Of a stretch of DNA of 64,000 nt, positions 54,829 through 62,255 are shown in pieces. The first letter of the stretch is position 1, and every line of letters begins with the position of its first letter. The notes beneath the pieces are model-generated. The model saw nothing but the letters and a program-made list of their open reading frames with translations, did not search any database and was not told the DNA's origin. The position numbers and the translations under genes were made by a program. Origin of the DNA: Cryomorpha sp. (GTDB lineage Bacteria > Bacteroidota > Bacteroidia > Flavobacteriales_D > Cryomorphaceae); contig CBDDKU010000029.1 in the NCBI GenBank assembly GCA_965230375.1, positions 67,926 through 131,925 on the forward strand, in the 5' to 3' direction.

Positions 54829-55878
54829 ATGGAGTTCAACACCAAAGGCATCGGAGTGATGTCGGGAACATCGTTGGATGGTCTCGATCTGGCATTTTGT
54901 GATTTCAAAGACAGCAGACAGTTTAGGTTAGAAAAGTTCGCCCATGTACCCTATCCAAAAGAATGGGTTCGAAGACTATCTGAAGCCCATGACCTTTCAG
55001 CATTGGAACTCCTGGTATTGGAGCGAGACTATTCTGAGTTCACGGCTCAACATCTCTCTAACTTTATAGAAGTTCACCAGATTGACCCCGAGTTTATTGG
55101 TTGTCATGGCCACACCATTTTTCACAGACCCAATGAGAACATCACGCACCAGATTCTTGACGGTTCAATTATAGCCGCTCGAACTGGTTGTATAACGGTT
55201 TGCGATTTTCGATCACTCGATGTCGCCTTGGGAGGGCAGGGCGCTCCCCTTGTTCCAGTTGGCGATGAATTACTTTTTCATCAGTATGATGCATGTCTGA
55301 ATGTAGGCGGGTTCGCAAACATCAGCTTCAAATCTAAAGGAGTGCGCACAGCGTTTGATATATGTCCTGCCAACATCGTGATGAACTACTTGTCGAAAAA
55401 ATTGGGTTTGGATTACGATGAAAACGGCAAAATAGCTTCACAAGGAATAGTAAATGAAACTATCCTCGATTCACTAAACGATCTGAAATACTTCAAGCGG
55501 AAAGCACCTAAATCATTGGGCAGAGAATGGGTTGAAGAAGAAGTATTTCCGCTCATTGGAAACGACAGTGCAGAAAACTTGCTGGCCACATTTGTCGCTC
55601 ACATAGCAGATCAGTGCGCAGCGAGTATCAGGGAGATCGGACCAGAGTCTGTTCTAACCACTGGCGGTGGAGCCCACAATAAATTTCTCCTGAAAGAAAT
55701 TGCCAAGCGTGTTGATGCGGAGATCCTGCTTCCATCCAAAGAAATTATTGACTACAAAGAGGCCATTATCTTTGCTTTTTTGGCCAAGCTGAGGTTAGAT
55801 GAGCATACCAATACGCTTTGCAGTGTTACAGGAGCACGAAGAAATAGTTGTGGTGGAGCAATGTATCTTCCTCGTTAA
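54829..55878 (+). CDS. anmK: Anhydro-N-acetylmuramic acid kinase
   Basis: GVMSGTSLDGLD near the N-terminus, SLDVALGGQGAPLVP, and TGGGAHN. The ORF-track GTG at 54793 adds 12 aa. I prefer the ATG at 54829. Confidence 0.9.
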   Translation: MEFNTKGIGVMSGTSLDGLDLAFCDFKDSRQFRLEKFAHVPYPKEWVRRLSEAHDLSALELLVLERDYSEFTAQHLSNFIEVHQIDPEFIGCHGHTIFHRPNENITHQILDGSIIAARTGCITVCDFRSLDVALGGQGAPLVPVGDELLFHQYDACLNVGGFANISFKSKGVRTAFDICPANIVMNYLSKKLGLDYDENGKIASQGIVNETILDSLNDLKYFKRKAPKSLGREWVEEEVFPLIGNDSAENLLATFVAHIADQCAASIREIGPESVLTTGGGAHNKFLLKEIAKRVDAEILLPSKEIIDYKEAIIFAFLAKLRLDEHTNTLCSVTGARRNSCGGAMYLPR

Positions 55879-55938
55879 GTTTTGGATAATTAAGTATCAA
55901 AAAAGTCCATCCCGTTTATTCTCAGCCCTCAGTTTTGA

Positions 55939-55946
55939 TATATTTG
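55939..55946 (+). promoter_or_regulatory. Candidate -7 promoter box (TAnnTTTG) for the dehydrogenase-nhaD pair
   Basis: TATATTTG lies 23 nt upstream of the ATG at 55970, in a 91-nt intergenic region. Confidence 0.3.
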
Positions 55947-55969
55947 CGGACACTGCACAAAACTGAAAA

Positions 55970-57196
55970 ATGCGAGACCTTTTAAGGAAATTTGAAGAAA
56001 AGAAGCCAGAAATTGTTTTCGAATGGCACGATGCTGAAACCGAAGCGAAAGGATGGGTAGTAATCAACTCGTTGCGTGGAGGAGCCGCTGGAGGTGGAAC
56101 CAGAATGCGCCCCGGACTTGACCGACGCGAAGTGGAATCTCTGGCCAAAACGATGGAAGTGAAATTTTCAGTTTCTGGCCCTCCGATTGGTGGAGCCAAA
56201 AGTGGGATTGACTTTGATCCGAGCGACCCTCGCAAAAAGGGTGTTTTGGAGCGTTGGTATAGAGCTGTGACTCCCCTTTTGAAGAATTATTACGGAACAG
56301 GTGGTGACCTTAACGTGGATGAAATTCATGAAGTAATTCCTATTACGGAAGAGTTTGGACTTTGGCACCCGCAAGAAGGTGTTGTAAATGGTCACTTCAA
56401 TCCACGTGAGAATGAGAAGATCCAGCAAATTGGTCAGTTGAGATTTGGCGTTTCAAAAGTTGTGGAAGACCCAAACTTTTCACCTGAGCCATCTCGCAAA
56501 TACGTTATAGCCGATATGATCACCGGTTATGGTGTGGCGATGAGCGTCCTTCACCACTACGATCTTCTAAAAGAAGATTACAAAGGAAAGAGAGCCATCA
56601 TTCAAGGATGGGGGAACGTAGGCGCTGCAGCAGCATATTACCTGGCTCAAGCAGAAGTGAATGTGGTCGGAATCATAGACCGCGTTGGTGGCATCATCAA
56701 TACTGAAGGTCTGACCTTTGACGAGATCAAACAGCTCTTCCTCGACAAAGATGGAAATAGCCTTCGCGCCGAGAACATGCTGAGCTTTGATGAAGTGAAT
56801 TCGAAAATCTGGGACATCCCAGCAGAAATATTCCTGCCATGCGCAGCTTCGAGACTTGTAACACAAGAACAAGTTGACCGAATGATAAAAGCCGGGATGG
56901 AAGTGATTGCTTGTGGAGCTAACGTCCCATTTGCGGATCCAGAAATATTCTTCGGTCCCATCATGGAACATACCGATAAGCACCTTTCTATCATACCCGA
57001 CTTTATTTCAAACTGTGGTATGGCACGCGTTTTTGCCTACTGTATGGAGCGCGATGTAGAAATGAGCGATGAAGCGATTTTCAACGACACTTCCAATATC
57101 ATTCTCAAGGCTTTGGAAGCCATCCACGAAAAAAATCCAACAGGAAAAAATTTGGCAGCGACAGGGTTCGAAATCGCCTTGTCACAACTGATATAA
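55970..57196 (+). CDS. Glu/Leu/Phe/Val dehydrogenase family protein (Leu/Val-type substrate pocket rather than Glu-type)
   Basis: 408 aa. GGGTRMRP resembles the LeuDH/ValDH GGTRM motif rather than the GDH K-G-G-x-R motif. The catalytic-Lys motif GGAKSGIDFDP and the Rossmann motif QGWGNVG are present. Confidence 0.75.
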   Translation: MRDLLRKFEEKKPEIVFEWHDAETEAKGWVVINSLRGGAAGGGTRMRPGLDRREVESLAKTMEVKFSVSGPPIGGAKSGIDFDPSDPRKKGVLERWYRAVTPLLKNYYGTGGDLNVDEIHEVIPITEEFGLWHPQEGVVNGHFNPRENEKIQQIGQLRFGVSKVVEDPNFSPEPSRKYVIADMITGYGVAMSVLHHYDLLKEDYKGKRAIIQGWGNVGAAAAYYLAQAEVNVVGIIDRVGGIINTEGLTFDEIKQLFLDKDGNSLRAENMLSFDEVNSKIWDIPAEIFLPCAASRLVTQEQVDRMIKAGMEVIACGANVPFADPEIFFGPIMEHTDKHLSIIPDFISNCGMARVFAYCMERDVEMSDEAIFNDTSNIILKALEAIHEKNPTGKNLAATGFEIALSQLI

Positions 57197-57199
57197 ACC

Positions 57200-58513
57200 A
57201 TGGAAATAGCCATAATTATTGTATTTGTTCTCGGGTATCTAGCGATTGCCCTTGAGCATCCACTGCACATAGATAAAGCTGCTTCAGCCCTTCTTTTGGG
57301 AATCGGTTGTTGGACTTTATATGTGTTCACGATTCCTGCAGGTGAAGAAATGCACCATATCATCGAGCATGGTCTCAATGGACAAGGTGGCTTGATTCAC
57401 CATCTCTACGAGATATCGAGTATCCTCTTCTTCTTGATGGGAGCCATGACCATAGTCGAAACAGTCGATGCGCACGAAGGATTTAGGGTCATCACAGACA
57501 AGATTAAGACCACCAACAAAGTCAAACTCCTCTGGATACTGAGTATTTTGACATTTTTCTTTAGCGCGGTTCTTGACAACTTGACAACTACAATCGTTAT
57601 GGTTTCGCTACTGCGCAAGCTGGTTGACGATAAGAAAACCAGATGGTTCTTTGTTGGGTTCCTTGTAATTGCTGCCAATGCAGGTGGTGCCTGGTCGCCA
57701 ATTGGTGATGTGACCACTACCATGCTTTGGATCAAGAAGCAGCTCCCTGATGTTCCGATTATTGTAAAAGAGCTTTTCATTCCGAGCCTCGTAACTGTTC
57801 TGGTACCCCTGGGAATACTATCGATGACATTGAAAGGAAATGTTACTCGTCCTGTCGTTGATGAAAACGCAGAGGAAAATCCAGCCAGCGATAAAGAGCG
57901 TATGACCATTTTCATACTCGGGGTGGCTGGACTTCTATTTGTACCTGTTTTCAAAACAGTCACACACCTTCCACCATTTATGGGGATGATGCTTTCGCTT
58001 GGCGTAATGTGGCTTGTCACAGAGCTTATGCACCGTCACAAGTCTTTGGCTGCGAAAAGAAAACTCACCATTATTGGTGTTTTGAAAAAGATCGACATGG
58101 CGTCAGTACTCTTTTTCCTTGGTATCCTTCTTGGTGTTTCAGCCCTTCAGGAAGTGGGAATTCTGGGCAATGTGGCTACCTATCTCGACAAAGCAATCGG
58201 TAATATCTACGCCATTGACTTGACCATCGGACTTCTCTCGGCCATTGTTGATAACGTACCGCTCGTTGCGGCTGCCCAAGGAATGTACCCCATAGCTGCT
58301 GAAGGTGTCTTTGCTGCAAATGGAGACTTCTGGCTATTTCTAGCCTATTGTGCCGGTACCGGTGGATCAGCGCTAATTATTGGTTCTGCAGCAGGTGTAG
58401 CTGCCATGGGACTAGAGCGCATCGACTTTATCTGGTACCTTAAAAAGCTGAGCTGGCTTGCCATAGTAGGATATATTGCAGGTGCTGCAGTATTCATACT
58501 CATGAGTGCATAA
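57200..58513 (+). CDS. nhaD: Na+/H+ antiporter, NhaD family
   Basis: 437 aa with about 11-12 TM helices. Features: FVLGYLAIALEH, LDNLTTT, ANAGGAWSPIGDVTT and DNVPLV. It starts 3 nt after the dehydrogenase stop. Confidence 0.8.
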   Translation: MEIAIIIVFVLGYLAIALEHPLHIDKAASALLLGIGCWTLYVFTIPAGEEMHHIIEHGLNGQGGLIHHLYEISSILFFLMGAMTIVETVDAHEGFRVITDKIKTTNKVKLLWILSILTFFFSAVLDNLTTTIVMVSLLRKLVDDKKTRWFFVGFLVIAANAGGAWSPIGDVTTTMLWIKKQLPDVPIIVKELFIPSLVTVLVPLGILSMTLKGNVTRPVVDENAEENPASDKERMTIFILGVAGLLFVPVFKTVTHLPPFMGMMLSLGVMWLVTELMHRHKSLAAKRKLTIIGVLKKIDMASVLFFLGILLGVSALQEVGILGNVATYLDKAIGNIYAIDLTIGLLSAIVDNVPLVAAAQGMYPIAAEGVFAANGDFWLFLAYCAGTGGSALIIGSAAGVAAMGLERIDFIWYLKKLSWLAIVGYIAGAAVFILMSA

Positions 58514-58563
58514 TTTGTTTTCAGATACATCGTTTATATGGTAAACTGCCATATTCTTGTTGT

Positions 58564-59268
58564 ATGAACAAACACTTCTTATTGCAAATCGATGCGGGTG
58601 TGGCCGCAAGCGATAGCCTGGCTACAGCTGCAGGAACTACAGAGACAATTTCAATCTGGCAATTGATTGTAGACGGTGGATGGTATATCATGATACCGTT
58701 GGCAATCTTGTCGATTATTGCCATTTACATTTTCGCTGAGCGCTGGATGGCCATCGGCAAGGCTTCGAAAGAAGACAAGGACTTTATGAACCGCATAAAA
58801 GACTATGTGAGCGATGGGAAACTAGATGCAGCTCGAAGTCTTTGTACCACAACCAACACGCCAATTGCTAGGATGATCGACAAAGGTGTTGCCAGAATCG
58901 GGAAACCAATGGACGATATTGGCGCTTCGATAGAAAACGTTGGGAAGCTGGAAGTGTACAAGCTCGAAAAGGGTCTTGCTGTGTTGGCTACTGTAGCTGG
59001 AGCGGCCCCGATGATAGGGTTCTTGGGAACTGTAATTGGAATGATCATGACTTTCCACTCCATGAAAATTTCTGGAAATGGAGTAGAGATTTCCGAATTG
59101 TCTGGGGGAATTATGCAAGCCATGGTTACTACGGTAGCCGGTTTGATCATTGGTATTATTGCTTACATCGCCTACAATACCTTGGTGGTGAAAGTAGATA
59201 AAGTGGTGCACCGCATGGAAGCGCGATCTCTGGAGTTCATCGATCTTTTGGAAGAACCCGGTAAATAA
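58564..59268 (+). CDS. exbB: MotA/TolQ/ExbB proton-channel protein
   Basis: 234 aa with three TM segments and GAAPMIGFLGTVIGMI. Confidence 0.85.
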   Translation: MNKHFLLQIDAGVAASDSLATAAGTTETISIWQLIVDGGWYIMIPLAILSIIAIYIFAERWMAIGKASKEDKDFMNRIKDYVSDGKLDAARSLCTTTNTPIARMIDKGVARIGKPMDDIGASIENVGKLEVYKLEKGLAVLATVAGAAPMIGFLGTVIGMIMTFHSMKISGNGVEISELSGGIMQAMVTTVAGLIIGIIAYIAYNTLVVKVDKVVHRMEARSLEFIDLLEEPGK

Positions 59269-59274
59269 GATCGT

Positions 59275-59667
59275 ATGAATCTAAGATCCAGAAATAAAGT
59301 CAATGCGAGTTTCTCCATGTCGTCGATGACCGACTTGGTGTTTCTCCTACTCATCTTCTTTATCATCGTTTCTACGCTCGTAAGCCCATACGCGTTGCCA
59401 GTAGACCTACCTGTAAGCGCGAATAAAACGACGAAGAAACAGAACATCTCACTGCGCATCGACCGGGACTTGATTTACTCCGTCAACAATAAAATTATTG
59501 ACCCAACTGAATTGGAGAGTGTTCTTGCTAATAGCCTGACTAGCGGCGACGAACCGAGTATCGTCTTCCACGTTGATCAGGCCGTGCCGACAGGCGAAAC
59601 TGTTAAAGTTTTAGATATCGCTAAACGAAACAAGTGGAAGATTGTACTGGCTACTAAACCCAAGTAA
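59275..59667 (+). CDS. exbD: Biopolymer transport protein ExbD/TolR
   Basis: 130 aa. Features: MSSMTDLVFLLLIFFI and a periplasmic alpha/beta domain. Confidence 0.85.
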   Translation: MNLRSRNKVNASFSMSSMTDLVFLLLIFFIIVSTLVSPYALPVDLPVSANKTTKKQNISLRIDRDLIYSVNNKIIDPTELESVLANSLTSGDEPSIVFHVDQAVPTGETVKVLDIAKRNKWKIVLATKPK

Positions 59668-59669
59668 TC

Positions 59670-60473
59670 ATGGAAGCTGAAAGCCCAGAAGAAAAAAAGC
59701 GCAAGCGAATTGCCATCATAGCCACGGTCGTATTTCACGTGCTGGCCTTGATCGCGTTCTTCATTTTCGGATTGGAACAGCCTGTGCCGCTCCCTGAAGA
59801 AGAAGGAGCTTCAATTGAATTCGGTTGGGATGAAGTGGCCAGTGGAGATGCCGTAGCCGATATCAGTCCAGAACCTGTTCAAGAGCAAGTTCAGGCTCCT
59901 ACTCCACCTGTTGAAGAAACGGTAACTGAGACTGTAGAAGAAGTTGTGACTGATGAAGAAAGTGATGTGGCGGTTCCATCTCAAGAAGAGTCTCAACCTG
60001 TGGTTGAAGAAACCACACCTGAAGAAGTCGAAGAAGAGCCCGAACCTGAGCCGCAGATATCAGATAGGCTCAATAGTGCCCTTGATGCGCTATCAAACCC
60101 AAGCGGTGGTCCTAGCCAAGGGCCTGACGATACCGGCCATGACGACAAAGGAAATCCGGACGGTACAACTGGAAAAGGAGCCTTGGGCCAGGGAAGTGGA
60201 AGCTGGCAGCTCGATGGACGCAGTTTGCTTCCAGGGTACGGAACCAAGATTACTACCACCCGTGAAGAAGGCATTGTGGTCTTGAAGATTTGGGTGGACC
60301 GAAATGGAAACGTTACCAAAGTGCAGCCCGATCTAAAAGAATCTGACACTGTGTCTCTATACCTGATTAATTTGGCGAAGAACGACGTTCTGAATAACTT
60401 TAAGTTCAATGGCGACCCCAGTGCTATGGTTGAGCAAAGAGGGAAAGTACGCTATGTGTTCCAACTTAAGTAA
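59670..60473 (+). CDS. tonB: TonB-like energy transducer with an acidic Glu/Pro/Val-rich linker
   Basis: 267 aa. It has an N-terminal TM (VVFHVLALIAFFIF), a linker (EETVTETVEEVVTDEE...EEEPEPEPQ) and a C-terminal GIVVLKIWVDRNGNVTKV TonB-C-like domain. It sits in the operon position after exbBD. Confidence 0.6.
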   Translation: MEAESPEEKKRKRIAIIATVVFHVLALIAFFIFGLEQPVPLPEEEGASIEFGWDEVASGDAVADISPEPVQEQVQAPTPPVEETVTETVEEVVTDEESDVAVPSQEESQPVVEETTPEEVEEEPEPEPQISDRLNSALDALSNPSGGPSQGPDDTGHDDKGNPDGTTGKGALGQGSGSWQLDGRSLLPGYGTKITTTREEGIVVLKIWVDRNGNVTKVQPDLKESDTVSLYLINLAKNDVLNNFKFNGDPSAMVEQRGKVRYVFQLK

Positions 60474-61690
60474 TGAAGTATTCAGAAGCCCTGGACTACC
60501 TTTTTAACCAGCTCCCCATGTTTCAACGCGTGGGCGCCCCTGCTTACAAAGCCGATTTGTCCAATACCATTGCCCTTTGCGAAGCATTGGGAAATCCGCA
60601 AAATGGCATTAAATGCATTCATGTGGCAGGGACCAACGGAAAAGGATCTGTCTCATCGGCACTGGCATCCATTTTTCAGTCTTGCGGTTATAAAACCGGA
60701 CTTTTTACATCGCCGCACTTACTCGATTATCGAGAGCGCATTCGCATAAACGGTGAGTTGATTTCCGAAGAGTCAGTTACCAATTTTGTAGAGCGGATTC
60801 AAGCCGAAGCAAGCCAGTTGAGCCCATCGTTCTTTGAGATCACCTGTGCTATGGCATTCGATTACTTCGCAAACGAAAAGGTCGATATCGCCATTTTTGA
60901 AGTGGGAATGGGGGGAAGACTCGACTCAACAAACGTTATCAGCCCGGAGCTATCAGTTATCACGAGTATTTCGAAAGATCACGAGCAGTTCTTGGGAAAC
61001 ACCCTTCCGGCTATCGCGCGAGAGAAGGGCGGAATTATCAAGCCTGGTGTTCCAGTTGTTGTTGGGCGTAATGAGTTAGATGTACTCGACGAACTAAGCC
61101 ATATCGCTTCCGATCGCGGAGCGCCCTGGCACGACATCTGGGCTAAGGCTCCCTATCTCGAAACCGATCTAACCGGCTCCTATCAGCGTGAGAATATGCA
61201 AGTGGTTTCGAAAGCAATTGAGATCATGCGTGAACTCGGCTGGAATCTTCCCGAGAAGAAAGTGGAAGAAGGAGCCTTGCGCGTAAGGGAGCAAGCCGGA
61301 CTGCGCGGACGGTGGGAAACCATTGGACAGAACCCAAAAATTATCGCCGATGTTGGCCACAACGCGGCTGGTGTAGAGCAAGTGGTTGGTCTTTTGAGAA
61401 AAGAAACCTTCGTGCGGCTGCACATCGTCTGGGGCATGGTAGGTGATAAGAATGCCAAAGAAATCCTGAATCTCCTTCCTAAATCGGCTACTTACTATTG
61501 GTGCAAACCCGATGTACCCCGAGGAAAAGACCAGAATGAGCTTCAGGCAGAAGCTATCAAATTTGCACTTGAAGGTAAGTCGTACTCTTCTGTTTCCGAA
61601 GCCTTGGAAGCGGCCAAGGAAGACGCTCAATTCAACGATTTGATATTTGTTGGTGGTAGCGTATTTGTAGTCGCGGAAGTCCTAACCTAG
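60473..61690 (+). CDS. folC: Bifunctional folylpolyglutamate synthase / dihydrofolate synthase
   Basis: 405 aa. Features: HVAGTNGKGS, EVGMGGRLDSTN and DVGHN. Confidence 0.9.
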   Translation: MKYSEALDYLFNQLPMFQRVGAPAYKADLSNTIALCEALGNPQNGIKCIHVAGTNGKGSVSSALASIFQSCGYKTGLFTSPHLLDYRERIRINGELISEESVTNFVERIQAEASQLSPSFFEITCAMAFDYFANEKVDIAIFEVGMGGRLDSTNVISPELSVITSISKDHEQFLGNTLPAIAREKGGIIKPGVPVVVGRNELDVLDELSHIASDRGAPWHDIWAKAPYLETDLTGSYQRENMQVVSKAIEIMRELGWNLPEKKVEEGALRVREQAGLRGRWETIGQNPKIIADVGHNAAGVEQVVGLLRKETFVRLHIVWGMVGDKNAKEILNLLPKSATYYWCKPDVPRGKDQNELQAEAIKFALEGKSYSSVSEALEAAKEDAQFNDLIFVGGSVFVVAEVLT

Positions 61691-62211
61691 GCATCTTTGT
61701 TTTGCAATTCCTTCCATGAGTCCCGAAAAAAAGTTTTGAGCAGATCAATCTGTTTCGCTCCCATTTTTTGACCAGACTTACTGACCAAATAGGCTGTACT
61801 CATGAGGACGAGAGCTACTGGAAATGCCCAAACCATCTCAGACTCATGATTGAGACTTCTTCGTGAAAATCCATACATCGAAAGGAAAAGTCCGACCAAG
61901 CCAATACTCGAGTAGATAAACACGAACATGGTCCAAACATTGGGCTTGGGCCCAATCAATCCTCTGACCAAACTTTTTCCTGGATCAGATTCATCTTCTA
62001 CTATTTCAAAACTCACTCTCGGAGACCAGTAATGTGCGATCTGATCAGGAACATCCAACGTAAAATGATTGTCGACAACAGTAGTTGGAAACGGATGGTC
62101 GCCAGAATTGAATTTTGATTTCAAGTGCGCAACCAGCGGTTCTGTTTTGTAAGGCACAGTAAACCGGAACCTCGGTCGCACGTGCAACTGCTCGAAATCA
62201 AAATGTTCCAT
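61687..62211 (-). CDS. Hypothetical membrane protein
   Basis: 174 aa. It has a soluble N-terminal roughly 90 aa (HYWSPRVSFEIV), then two predicted TM helices (VWTMFVFIYSSIGLVGLFLSMYG, MVWAFPVALVLMSTAYLV). No family is recognised. Confidence 0.5.
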   Translation of the reverse strand: MEHFDFEQLHVRPRFRFTVPYKTEPLVAHLKSKFNSGDHPFPTTVVDNHFTLDVPDQIAHYWSPRVSFEIVEDESDPGKSLVRGLIGPKPNVWTMFVFIYSSIGLVGLFLSMYGFSRRSLNHESEMVWAFPVALVLMSTAYLVSKSGQKMGAKQIDLLKTFFRDSWKELQNKDA

Positions 62212-62255
62212 TTCCTAAATATAGCAAGATCGAAAAAGTAGGATGGTAAACGTGG

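Noticed and set aside
57406-58020. 204-aa minus-strand ORF antisense to nhaD. Similar antisense ORFs occur at 35220-35759, 46814-47359, 51219-51731 and 16797-17264.
   Set aside because: All sit inside long genes whose products carry strong family motifs. The antisense translations are motif-free and compositionally odd, and I treat them as frame artefacts.
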